A stretch of 63,916 nucleotides of DNA, filler included, from Intoshia linei (Eukaryota > Animalia > Orthonectida): assembly GCA_001642005.1 (NCBI GenBank). It is 7 parts of 7 records of this genome, joined end to end, with 100 filler letters (N's around TTAATTAATTAA, not from the genome) between each part and the next. Parts side by side here need not be neighbours in the genome. Positions count along the whole stretch, not along the records: positions 39,291 to 52,655 come from LWCA01001016.1; 6 more parts are not named here. One strand, written 5' to 3'. Shown here piece after piece: positions 39,291 to 51,510 of the stretch. The notes beneath the pieces were generated by a model that saw only the letters and a program-made list of their open reading frames with translations, searched no databases and was not told the origin of the DNA. The position numbers were made by a program, and so were the translations under genes. Each line of letters begins with the position of its first letter. The stretch's first letter is position 1.

Positions 39291-39675
39291 CCGTGAAGTC
39301 GTCACTTATTCAGATTGAAATTTTTTGTGTGTGTTAACAGGATAAACTGTACCGCCTGTAATTTTTTTAAATTCTAGGGCTGTTTTCATTATAAAAAGAA
39401 AGGTAATTTGGTGTTTTGGCCCTGAAGATATAATTTTTTTAAATTTAAATTTATGGTGTTATATGTATATAGTGTTAGTATTAATATCAGATTATATATT
39501 TTTTAAATTCCCCAACTCGTTTGATTTTCATAAAAGAGGACAATTGGGGTTTTTGACCGGTTTAAAATGTGGACTTTATAAAATTCTAAGATTGGTAGTT
39601 ATTGAAATAAAGTGGAACACAGACACAAACAAATATGTCGTAGCATATTATATAAGGAGTCCTTACTAAGGACTA
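39291..39675. repeat. Dispersed repeat family A (reverse copy including its terminus)
   Basis: Reverse complement of about 1060-1340; ends in acacagacacaaac followed by the hairpin agtccttactaaggact. Confidence 0.75.
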
Positions 39676-40119
39676 TTTTTACTAACATGCAACTTGTAAA
39701 ATAAAATATTAAAAGAAATAAATATTTTGAAATGGTGGTCCGTACAAATTTGAATCGGGAACCACTGATATAATGATACTTGGAGATCCATTATATACAA
39801 TAATAATGTATGTATATTTATATTATTTAATCTGCTGTATTTAAAGAACAAGTAAACATAAACACAGCAAAATAAAAAATGCACCATTCAATAAATAAAA
39901 CATAACCTGAAATTTGCATAGGTAAGTTGAAAATTCAATTTTTGCAGTAAATGAATTTTTTGTTTAGTGTTTCTAACACATCGAAATTCATGAATAAAAT
40001 ATTCTATGGGTATAACTTTCTAAAACAAAAAAAATTAAATTTAACTTGTTAAAAAAGTTTACACAAGTATGTCCCAATTTATTCATTTTAATGATTTGTA
40101 ATTTTTGATTTTTAGTAAA

Positions 40120-41220
40120 AGTATTGAATTGATCATTTGTAATACCCCGGTCGCTCTATAAACTGTATTAAAATTATTAAAAATTAAAAATTTTACTGCA
40201 ACATTTTGAAATACTCCGTCAATTTCCGAATCACTCAAATTGAAAGATTGTGAAGAGTTTTCAAAATTTTCTTTAAGTTCTTTATTCCTTCTTGAAGAAA
40301 ATCGGCGTGAAATTACAGTTACTGACTTTGCTCTATTAGTTTTTACCTTGTGAAACTATCAATACTTGTATTATTTACATAATTTTATACCAATTTCATG
40401 TTCCAGCAAATTTTACGGTTAAATTTTAAACTTTATTCAGTTCAAAAGTTAAATTCTTTAAGAATGGTAATAAATTACATTTCATTACCACGTTAAATTG
40501 CGCCAAATAAATTAAATGACTGGTATTTATCAAGAATTAATTAACCAATTTGAAAAATATACAGATGATGTAGTAGACAACCTGAGGTTTATTATTTTTT
40601 AAATCAAGTCAACAAAACGATCACTGGGTAACTTTTCTGATCCGTCCAAAATTATAATGTTTTTACTGACGCAAAATTTATAAAACTTTTTTTCAGATTC
40701 ATTTCAAATGAATTGATTTATTTCAAAATATCATCGCCCATTAAAAAGTTAAATTGCACACTAGTGGGCCATGTGACCCAGGTTGCGATATACTGAAATA
40801 TGCGAAATTTAGCAATGAAAGATTTATTTAAGATGGTCTCGTCTAGTTTATCATTTTTATTGTAATGTATATACAAACTTTTAGGCAAACTTGTTCCTTG
40901 TCTCTTGAAGAAAATGGTAACCCTCAAAACGTGGAACAATTAAATGAAATTGTAGATAAATATTCTCACCAATGTCACCAAAATATAAAGGTTTAATGTT
41001 ATAAATTGTTTATATATTTTTATGGAATTTTTCAAAAATATTTAGTATTATTGCAATTTTTAATTAATATTTGAATCTATAAACACAATTCAAATTGATA
41101 TTTCTTTAGTCAGTAAGAGGTTATCTAGTTTTTGTAAAAAATTGGAATGTATAATATTTTTTATCAATTCGATCAGAGATAAATTATTAGACCTTGCCCA
41201 TTCCTCATTTGTTTTCATTT
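40120..41220 (-). pseudogene. Possible decayed gene of unknown identity
   Basis: Protein-like stretches (KPLYFGDIGENIYLQFHLIVPRFEGYHFLQ; FHKVKTNRAKSV..DGVFQNVA|FIERPGYYK*) interrupted by many stops. Confidence 0.3.
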
Positions 41221-41461
41221 TAGAAAAAAATTATGTCATTTATGGATAATGAAGAAATTAATAAAGATTTTTCACTTGATTCTAAGTCTAAACTGTTTAA
41301 CACAGATACGGATAAAAATGAATATGTTTGGTAATTATAATTGTTTATTTAAAATCTAAATTTTAGTTGATTTATTTATTGTGGAAGTAGTGAATATTTG
41401 ACATCTACTGTATATAAAATACATAACTATTAAACTTTGTAATATTGACTTACATGTATAT

Positions 41462-43180
41462 TAGGGGTCTGATTTTTAGTACTTTTTTTGAAATGTTATA
41501 GGTATAACGCTGATAAAATCGCGTATGATGCTTTTATGGCTACTCTGAAAAAATAAATTATTTTGAAATATTTTGGTTGGAAGGAATTTCAATTTTACGA
41601 ATCCTATACAAAAATGTTAACAAAAAACTAAAATGTAACTTTATTTACTGGAATGTTATGATGATATAGAGTAGCTGTGTTTTGTGTGGTTTAGTGTTGA
41701 TTATCATATTTGGTTGCACATCTTGTTTTTTTAAATTCAATTCTACCTCAAATATTTTTGTTTTTAGTGAAAATTTTTATAAAATTATAAGAACTTTAAA
41801 CTAAAATGCCCAGATATACGTATTTTTGCAAAAGTACGCATTTTTTTAAGTTAAAAATACGTATTAAAATTTAGTACATATTTAGTTAAAGTGTCCAGAT
41901 TTTATAAGTACTAAAATTTAGTCTAAATTACTGTGACCAGAAAAAAAAAGTACTATCACTTTTAGTTTATTTGGAGTAAATTTTATGTCGAAAATTTTTA
42001 TTCGTCATCATAGATAAGTAGTTTTGGATTTACATTTATCATCAAATAAACTAAAATTGATAGTACGTTTTTTTTCTGGTCACACTATCTAAATAAGTAC
42101 TTTTCGAAATGTCTTAGAAACAAAAAGAACAATAAAATTTGAATTGAAAGTTATAACAATTTGAAATTTAAAAAGAATTAACAATTTAAAATATGAAATG
42201 TTAAATGTTAATTTTATATTGGTATTTATCATTGCAAATTATTTTTTTACATAATTCACTATGATTTTCCAAATGTTTGTAAAAGTCAATAAACTCTCTT
42301 TACAATTATAATTTTTTTGGCATAATTAAAAAATAATTACTTTTTATTAATTAATAAATTTGAAGTGATCCAAATTAAACGATATAAAGTGTTTTGTATA
42401 AAATATAAATTTATTAAGAAAGTGAAAAATTACAAGTAAAATATTGACTGAAATTATCTATGGTATTTATGAGTACTTATTTAGTGTGTCAAAATGTCAA
42501 AAATAAGTACTTATGGACACACTAATTTAGACTAAATACGTACTCGATAATTTTTATGTAAACGTAAAAATTTTACTGTATAAATTTGTATAGAAAGATG
42601 TTTACGTTTTATTTGAAATAAACTTTCTCAATTGTAATTAAATTAAACACACTGTATCAATATTTTTCAAATTCAAATTCAAAACTGAAATTTCAATTTT
42701 AAAGTAAAACAAATTTAATTAGTAATTAATAATTATCTCAAAATAGTTAAAAAAAATTGTTCTGATTTTAATAAATGTATACTAAATAACAATTATTTTT
42801 GTCTAAAAATTATGTCTAATGATAAATTCTAATGTGATATAAATGTATAAATAAATATTAATTTTAAATTCGATTTCGACTGAGATTTTAAATTTCATTT
42901 TGGTTTCTAACTAACGAGTACGTATTTAGTACGTTAAAAATCTGCCCACTATATTTAAACATCAATACCTCTCAAACCATAACTACCGTATCTCATCATA
43001 ACATTCTAGTAAATAATGTTATATTTTAGTTTTTTGTTAACAATTTGGTATGGGATTCTTAAAGTGGAAATTCCTTCCGCTAAATTTTATCTAATTTCAT
43101 TTTTTTTTGCACTGTCATTTTTGATTAATTACTCAACTTTTCCGCTGTTATGACTTGATTTATAAAATTTTGGAACACAC
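41462..43180. mobile_element. Family C element holding a nested Blackjack-like element (about 41802-42953), which in turn holds a palindromic MITE (about 41930-42086)
   Basis: Arms match 33518-34185; inner termini atgcccagat / atctgcccact with a tttaaac duplication; the innermost element matches 4946-5099. Confidence 0.7.
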
Positions 43181-43512
43181 AAATGTTTGTGAAATAATAA
43201 ATAATGAAGTGTTTTCCAAAGTGGATAGTACACGCGAGAGTAGAGAGAAATAAAAAACTTTTGTATACCTTGTGGGAAGTTTCGTGTTCAGGTTAATAAG
43301 GTCACAATGTTAATTTATAATTTTTTGTATTAAATAAACATTGTTCCTTATTTAAAAAAACTGGAATTCAAAGTTTTTTTGATTTGCACACTTTTTTTGG
43401 CCCGAGTAAAACTCGGTCTGGTTAGAATTTATTTTAAATTTATAATCTTATGATTATTTTTGAAATTATAAATACATTGTACATTATGTATATTGTAGCT
43501 ACATCTTTTACA

Positions 43513-44026
43513 TGGCGAACATTCGTTTGAGCGACATAATCATCGATTTTGTTAATTAATAATGTTTATTTTTTGACAATATTTTTGTGGTTTCTTTGAT
43601 GACAATAACCAAATTTTTGTAGGTTAAGGAAGGTTTTTTACCCATTTTATAAAGAGTTTGAAGACCTTTTTGGGATTTAAAAATTATGAATAAAGAAACT
43701 CACGAAAATTTCGTGAAAAATCAATGATATGATAAATTAGTAAAATGGATGAGTATGTCGTTCAAATAAATATCGCTCCAGAGAATGGACGTCGGTTCAC
43801 ATATACATGCTTTGAGAATTATTATATTTATTTTTTAAGGAGACCCAATGGAAATGTTAATAAACATTTGGAAAATTCTGTAAGTGATTGTTTATCAAAT
43901 CATTTCGAATCTTACCAACTCATTCTTAACAATCTAAATGAGGTTTTTGACGTGGAAAAAGAAAATTATTATCAAAATCTTGAAATAATGAAAGAATATG
44001 AACAAAAATTGAAAAAAATGTTATAA
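43513..44026 (+). pseudogene. Possible degenerate orphan gene (includes the 93-aa ORF 43745-44026)
   Basis: ATG exon MANIRLSDIIIDF, a GT-AG intron, then broken frames leading into a coiled-coil-like ORF. Confidence 0.3.
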
Positions 44027-44296
44027 ATTTAGTATTGTTAATAAACACACAAAATCCATCACATTTTATTTTCGTAGTGTCTCGGGAAAAATTGGGTATC
44101 AAATTATTTATCTCAATTGGAAAATATTTTTTCATTTTCGGATTCAATATTTATTTTAAAACCAAAGTTGATGGTTTCATTATCAGGGATTATTAAAGTT
44201 TTTAAAAAATTTGCCCTTTGACCAGAATTAGACAGTTAAACTTGAGTTTAGCGATCATAACATTCAGAGTATCATATTATATATATATATAAATAT

Positions 44297-45693
44297 TAGG
44301 GCTGTTAATTTTTTACAAAAATTTCGATTCGAAAAAAATCCACCCCTACCTTGAAAAGAGTACTTTAAAACCCATAAAAATAAAATTTTAGAAAAAATGA
44401 CCTTAAAAATGTGTACCCTGTTTGAATTATAAGGTTTTCACGCGCTTTTTCCCCTTTTTCTTAATTGGCGCCATTTTTTTTTAAAGATGGATATGATTAA
44501 TGTATGATCCACTAAGACATATACCAAACTTGGACTGAAAAAATTTAATATTTAACCTCACAGCGTGTTTTGTTCTTAAAAAGGGATTTTTGTAATATTG
44601 GTCAAATTTAAAAATACTAACATTTATAATAACCAAAAATTTATTTCAAATATGAAAATCTGAGTGTCCCATTTTGAAATTCAGTTATTAACGTTTTAAA
44701 CACATTTTAATGAAAAAAAGTAATTACAACTCTCTAGAAGCCAAGCTAAAAAATTGAACTGTGTTTGTTCTAATCGATTAATTTATGTATGACGATGTGT
44801 AAAATGTTATGCAGATTCGAGGCAATTGAGTGTAGTTTTTTTTATATTATTAGTTTCTTCATTGTAATTAATTAAAATCAGGAAAAAAAACGAAAATATT
44901 TTATTATCTTGAAAAAATTATGATAAATCATGGAAACAATAGTTTTTAAAATTTTAAATATTTATTTTGTTAAAATATTAACGTTGTTTTCAATGTCAAC
45001 AATATTACGATCGACAAATTTTTTTACATATCTCAAAGATCTCTCACAAATTTCATTTGTAACATCCACATTGATAGGATATGATCGTAATATATAATTC
45101 TGATTAAAACATTCCAATGTTTTACCTTCTAGTATTCCTCGTAATAATTCAATTGATTCAGTTTGTCATATCTAAATCTACATACCCCATACTGCAATTT
45201 GATTCTCTTTGCATATTGTCAAATTGATTCAAAAATTTTAGGTTCACAAGAAATGTCAAATAATTTTATAAATTGTAATAATCTACGCTTTATTGAATTC
45301 TTTGTAATAGTTTTAATTCGACATTTTTTCCATAAAAATATCAATTCATTAGAAATCAAATCGATTCGATCATTAACGGACTTGGTAGTATGAAATAGAA
45401 ATGCATATCTTTCTAATATATTAATTTCAGTTGCCAATTGAGATAAATCAACTAACTCATTCATTATTATAAAACTTTTATAAACCAATAAATAAATGAA
45501 CGTAAATAAAAATGTTATGCTAGTTACCGATGAAATATTTAAAAATAAACCTCACATTTTATATATACTTTTGAAGATATAAATTGATTTAAGGTACACA
45601 TTTTTAAAAAATTGACCATTTTTAATTGATACATACGTTATTACACACTTTGAAGTATATGGTATGCCCATGGATTTGTTTTGAACAGCCCTA
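44297..45693 (-). mobile_element. Internally deleted hATm-type transposon
   Basis: TIR TAGGGCTGTT/AACAGCCCTA; perfect TSD ataaatat; minus-strand remnant ISNELIFLWKKCRIKTITKNSIKRRL..KLFDISC resembles a hATm transposase N-terminus. Confidence 0.85.
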
Positions 45694-46628
45694 ATAAATA
45701 TATTATATATAATATACCCACGAAAAACTGTTGATAGATTGAAGGGAGAAAATGGTATATATACATTAGATTTTTACCTTTCTTCAGTACATTTCCTGTC
45801 TTCACATCTGTATTTCTTAAATTTGGTCCGCGAAATGTACTGCATGACGATTTTAATGATATGATAATTTATCATTGATAAACATTGAATTTTTGTTTAT
45901 TTATTGGAATATCCTTTTCTTACATAAAGTTGAATGTGTATATTCTCAGTTTTTTCAAATTTAACGTTGCTAGACTTTTAAAAAGTCCAAATTCTCGTAC
46001 AGTTTTTGTCAGTGATTGGTTCAGCATTAATTTCACTCTAAGAAATTTGCATCTACACTTAATGAACTCAAATGACCATTTTATTCATAATATTTTACAA
46101 GTTACGTTAAAAATTTTATTAGTCAATTATAATTAATTAATTTTAAAATTTATAATTCTCACATTTTTTCCGTTTCATATAGATATAGACATTTACAATT
46201 TCGTAAATAACATACACTTGGTACACTTTTCTGGGAATTAAAAAATTTTGAATTGAAATCCAATTTCAGAAATTGACCTCTTCGCTTTTTGTAATTATCA
46301 AAGCATTAGTCTATTAAATTTTATCTGTTAGTTGGAAATTTTTAAGGGGCGACGAAAAATGTTATGTGAACTAAGCGGTCCGTGGAATTTTAAACTTATA
46401 AATCTATAACTTCAATCTCACCAATATGGTTACAAATAGACTGTTTCAATGAACAGTATTTGTGTAGTCAATTTAAGAATAACTGGTATGCTTCTAATGG
46501 AATTCTTATAGAATTCCTTCTAATGCTTTATTTTGGCAGTATATTGTAAAATTTGTCAGGTCAATTTTGTAAATAACAATGGGTAATTCGCGATAATTTT
46601 GAAAGTTGTTATATATCTATTATCGTTC

Positions 46629-47822
46629 ATGACTTCAATAAATGAAATTGAATATAAAACCTTTGAAAATACAGATTATTTGATATACAAATTGTTACTA
46701 TCAACAGTTTCAGGAAAACCGATATTGATAAACTCAATAAGTAAAAATGAACTTTCTGGGATACAATTATATGAAGTATGTTTGATAAGACTTGTAGACA
46801 AATTGACGAATGGGTCTGAATTTATAATATCTCCGGATGGTACTAAATTGACCTATAAGCCTGGTTTACTGATTGGAGGTAAATTTGATTTCAAGTGTAA
46901 CAAGGAAAAATCTATATCATATTACCTGGAATTGGTAATGTTATTATCCCCCTTTTGTCGTGATGAAGTACAGATAAAATTTAATGGAGTATCACACAAG
47001 GAAGAAGAAAAAACAGTAGAATTTTTGAATATCACAATGACTAACTTCATGAAAACATGTTTAAAAAATATTCATGGTGAATCCATCGCTAATGTAAATA
47101 TTAATCAAGTAAAAAATTCCACATATCCTTGTGAATTGGGTATTGTCAAGTACTCGTATACGCATGAACTTGGAGCTCAAAGAATTGAACCACTTTTGTT
47201 TCAAAAATTTGGAAAGATTTCAAAATTAGTCATTTCATATTGGCGTAAAAATGTTCCACAAATTATAATCAATGAAAATATCCAATGCGTCAAAGACAAA
47301 TTGACAAATTTTCTTCCTTCTCATGCTATTAGAGCGGTAGAATTGTCTGGATCTCGAAAATTTGCTAAAGAATCTAAAGAAGGCATCGAAACCTGTAATA
47401 ATGCTTTTGGGTTTATAATTCATGCAGACACAAAGTACATGAGAGTTGCTTCTGAACATACGTGTTTTTCTTTAGGGTCTCAGGCTAATGTAACAAGGAT
47501 TCAAGATATGCATGGTCAAATCATTCAAATTGGAAATGAGGCTCTCAAAACATTTTCACAGAGTTTATTTTATAATGGAGCCATATCTCCAGATGATCAA
47601 GTTTGTTGTTTACTGTTTATGAGTCTTTCATATGGAGATATTTCAAAGTGTGTAATGGGACCTCTAACGAATGATTCCATTTCTTTTCTGCGTTTAGTGA
47701 AGATATTCCTTAATGTGCGTTTCAAAATTGACAAAGAAAACGAAAATGATAAATACAATTTACATAATTATCTCAGTTGTCGAGGTATACAGTACGTTAT
47801 ACCCACTTGTTCAAATTTTTAA
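46629..47822 (+). CDS. RCL1: RNA 3'-terminal phosphate cyclase-like protein (intronless)
   Basis: LLLSTVSGKPI, GIQLYEVCLIRLVDKLTNGS, YKPGLLIGG, SISYYLE..LSPF, GDISKCVMGPLT..FLRLVKIFLNVRF, LSCRGI; first in-frame ATG at 46629. Confidence 0.92.
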   Translation: MTSINEIEYKTFENTDYLIYKLLLSTVSGKPILINSISKNELSGIQLYEVCLIRLVDKLTNGSEFIISPDGTKLTYKPGLLIGGKFDFKCNKEKSISYYLELVMLLSPFCRDEVQIKFNGVSHKEEEKTVEFLNITMTNFMKTCLKNIHGESIANVNINQVKNSTYPCELGIVKYSYTHELGAQRIEPLLFQKFGKISKLVISYWRKNVPQIIINENIQCVKDKLTNFLPSHAIRAVELSGSRKFAKESKEGIETCNNAFGFIIHADTKYMRVASEHTCFSLGSQANVTRIQDMHGQIIQIGNEALKTFSQSLFYNGAISPDDQVCCLLFMSLSYGDISKCVMGPLTNDSISFLRLVKIFLNVRFKIDKENENDKYNLHNYLSCRGIQYVIPTCSNF

Positions 47823-47839
47823 TGTATATTATAATTTAT

Positions 47840-48600
47840 TTATACCAATGTAATTTCATTGTCTGAAAATTTCAAAATTTGTGGGTTGCATACCAGTATT
47901 TTGTTTAATAATCTATCTATGTAATTCTTCTTTTTTTCGTTTTCTAAATCTTTATTTAGGTAATTTAATTTTGTGATTAAATCATGAGTAAAAGTTGCTA
48001 AATCGTAAATATGAATGTTAATATTCATGTACCTCTTTGTTCATGGCATTACAATTTACAAAACTAGAATCGTTGTTTTCTATAGTGGTAGCAGCGATTG
48101 CCATTGTACATTCGGCTACAAATAAAAGTACATTAGTTTTTTAAGGAAAGTTATTAAGCCAGCTAGTTTGAATCTAAAAATATACTTAAATTTTGTATCG
48201 GTAGAGCATGTTGAGATTTTTCTTTTTTTGGTATGGTTACATTAAATCCAGCTTTGTGAATTGTCTTTTCTTTGATATTAGATACCAAAAGACGTTTAAA
48301 ATCTTTAAAATAATTGACTTGTTCAGAGAAATTTCGACTAGTTGAAGAATTTTCTATTTGAAGTTTACAACATTCACGCAAACTAGGTTTTGATATTCTG
48401 ACACAAAATGTTTTATATATCATATCATAACTTTTATAACGTTAGGTTGGATGCATCTTTGCATTTATTCGACCTTCTCGTCTGTATAAACGGACAATAG
48501 TTTGAACACTAATTCGTGGGCGACTTAACATATATGCTATTTCAGCAATTATTCTTCTCGTGTCATTTGATATTCTAGTTTTTAAACGTTGAGGTATTAA
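47840..48600 (-). pseudogene. Tandem unit 1: Tc1-like HTH + FIP-RBD-like coiled-coil fusion, disabled
   Basis: KTRISNDTRRII..EIAYML..VQTIVRLYRREGRI and YDMIYKTFCVRISKPSLREC align with ORF 50000-50437; 3' exons ECTM..NAMNKE|QLLLMI*..YIDRLLNKILVCNPQIL; contains stops and deletions. Confidence 0.75.
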
Positions 48601-49103
48601 TGATCAACTGTATTACAATATTTGATGGCGAAAATGAATTGACTTAGTGACTATTCGTCACTGACGAATATTACTTTATTCAACATGAAATAATGTATAC
48701 AATATATTTGTGGCAGGTTTAAGTGACCTATAAATTAATCAGAAGACCAGTCCGTTTATTCTACCGATTTCTCTAATTAGTATTAATAATTAATTTCTCT
48801 TCGACTAATTAACTGATTTTCAGTAAATAGAAAAAATTAAAGTTATGACTAACAGCGTTATGCCTAGTCTTTAAAAACTAGCATTATGCTTACTCGCTAC
48901 CGTACATATTTGAACATTTCTAAAAATATTTTAATTTCAATAACCGTAAAATTGGCCTATCTCGTAGGAGATTGTTCGCATTCATAATTCTATTTAGTCA
49001 TTGTATACGACATATTTTTAAAATGTTTAATGTATTTTAATGTGTTTTTTTTTGTTAATAATTTTAACAAAATTTTAATTTTTGTTTTCAGAAACGTTCA
49101 ACT

Positions 49104-50437
49104 TTACTGCCAGTAAATTACTGGTTTAATTTTATTAATCAGTCTGTTAATATAGTTTTTCTTTTTATGATTATCAGTTTCCAATTCTTTGAGACGACAA
49201 TCTAATTTTGTAATTTCATTTTCTTGTGATTCTATCATAAGTAAAAGTTGCTAAAAAAGTATATAATATTTGATGCATATTTAGAACATTTTTATTCATG
49301 GAATTGTAATCGTTTTTTAAACTGTTTATGCTACATTCTGTGGTGCTTTCGATTGTTGGGATTGTACACTCGGCTAAATTTTAAAAGTTATGTGCACGTT
49401 AAAACGGAAATTCAAATTTTTAATTTTAATTTCTGGTAAGTTGGAAAAATTATATGTACAGTAATAAATAGGTGACTGTACTGTTTCATCTAACTTATCA
49501 GTTGGTACTCCATGTTTAGAGTATAGAGCAGGGGTTCCCAAGTGGGCGATATTGCTCCAGGGGATTAATTCAGTTAGGGGGCGATTTTAAAAAATATGAT
49601 ATAGTACTAGTATATAGAGTGAGGCGTTGATTAATTTTTTGGTTGTAAGAGTAGATTTTTATAGCAAGTTTGGGATTCACTGAGATAAACAGTGATCCAG
49701 TAATAAATATATAATTTTGATTAATATTAAACATAGACTTCGGAAATATTTCATAATCAGTTGAATCAAAAAAAATTTTGTTAATTAATAATTATAACTT
49801 TACTCAATAATAATTGAGTACATTTTTACATAAAAATGTTTTCATTGGGCCGTTAAAAAAATATATTGCTAAAAAGGGGGCGATATACCAAATCAGTTTT
49901 GTAACCCCTAGTCTAGAGTCTACAATCTAGATTGATTCATCATGTAAACGTTAAATGTAATTAAAATTAAATGGGTTCGTGTTGAATATTTTTCAACAAT
50001 TACGAAAGAGACATAAATCTAACAAAAATACATAAAATTTTACAAATTAGAGGAGGCCTTGTTTTGGATTGAAATTTGCGGCATTGACGTAAACTCTTCT
50101 GTGATAATTTCACATTAAATTTTTTATAAATTAAATCGAACAATTCGTTAGATGAAATGTAGCGGTATTCTTTTGAATTTTCTATAAAATTTTGAATTTC
50201 ATCTGTTATTTGTCTATTTCTATGTTCTTCACGTCTTTTTAACTGTATTTGAGATTCTCGTTTATAATATTTAACAATGTAATTCACGTTTTCTTGAGGG
50301 AGATTTAGTTCTAATGCAATTGAATATACTGTCGAACCTTTATTGTAAGATTGCACTATTTTTTTTCTAGTTTCTTCTGATATTAAAGTTTTGACCATTG
50401 GTTTAACTATAATTAAATTATCTAAAAAACTATCCAT
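49104..50437 (-). CDS. Tandem unit 2: predicted 208-aa fusion of a Tc1/IS630-type bipartite HTH and a FIP-RBD-like coiled coil (exons 50437-50044, 49373-49288, 49250-49104)
   Basis: ISEETRKKIVQSYNKG..SIALELNL..NVNYIVKYYKRE is a transposase HTH without a DDE domain; phase-1 donor at 50043 fits the phase-1 acceptor at 49374; YNSMNKN|QLLLMIESQENEITKLDCRLKELE..NYINRLINKI. Confidence 0.6.
49529..49910. mobile_element. Buster/Charlie-type hAT MITE inside unit 2
   Basis: TIR caggggttcccaa / ttgtaaccccta; TSD gtatagag/gtctagag. Confidence 0.85.
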
Positions 50438-51214
50438 TGTAGTATCCTTAGGAATGATATATAAAATAATCTCATTGGTTACAAAGTAGCCAGATATAAA
50501 GTTAAAGAGTCACTATAATTTTATCGTATTTTATTGTTTATTTTTAAATGTGTGTATTGAATGAGTTTATAATTAAAAATAGTATCCTAAATAATACAAT
50601 TTTGGTTTATTATTTTTTGTCTTTAAAATTGTAATTTCAGCGAGGTTTTCCATAATGATAATAAATTAAATTATTTAAATAAAAATTGGCCTATCTTGTA
50701 GGAGATTTCTCGTATTACTTTTTCTATTTAGACTAAATTTTAGCAACCTTGCGCGTCTCGTGGGCCACTTTTTTTTTATCAAAAAATTTTACGAGCCCCA
50801 TTTTTGAAAATTTACACATGATAAATTTCAATTTTAAATGAAGAACATTAAATGACACAAAATTGGAAATAGCTTAATTGATAAAAGATAAAAAGTTATA
50901 TTTGTTTTTATCAGATATTATGTAAATATTAAGTTATTGTCTTGTCTCAATATTCATGCGTTTATCAAATTTTCAATTCTATTTATATTTTTTTTAATAC
51001 TATAAAAATCTATTTTTTAAATAAATGCTTTATTTTTTGTGATATACCCCATCAACGAATCTTTATCAACTTTCTTACTATGATTAAATACTATCATCGT
51101 TCAATTAATTTAATACATAATAGAATATTATCATTACCCTCAGTTTTTGGGGCACTTTTCAAAAAAGGTGCCCCAACACGAGGTTATACTGTATTACAAT
51201 TTTGACAAAAAATT

Positions 51215-51510
51215 AATTTTGCGTTTTCAAAAACGTTAAATATTTATGGGTTACATACTATAATTTTATTTAAGTCTTTCAATATAGTTTTTCTTGTGTC
51301 ATTATCACCTTCCAAGTCTTTGATGCGACAATTTAATTTTGTAATATCATCTTCTTGTGATTCTATAAAGTAAAAGTGGCTAAAAAGGTAAATAATATTT
51401 GATGTATATGTATAACATTTGTATTCATGGAATTGTAATCGTTTCTTAAAATGTTTGTGCTACATTCTTTTGTGGTGTTTTCGATCGTTGACATTGTACA
51501 CTCGACTAAA
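51215..51510 (-). pseudogene. Tandem unit 3: frameshifted copy of the two 3' (FIP-RBD-like) exons
   Basis: High nucleotide similarity to 49090-49375 with the same intron position; ..NYIERL..NKIIVCNP*. Confidence 0.8.

Noticed and set aside
4459-47459. Antisense or overlapping ORFs (4459-4893, 5832-6098, 21619-21828, 25644-26024, 25688-25897, 26091-26309, 45163-45393, 47235-47459)
   Set aside because: Shadow frames of real genes or transposase remnants
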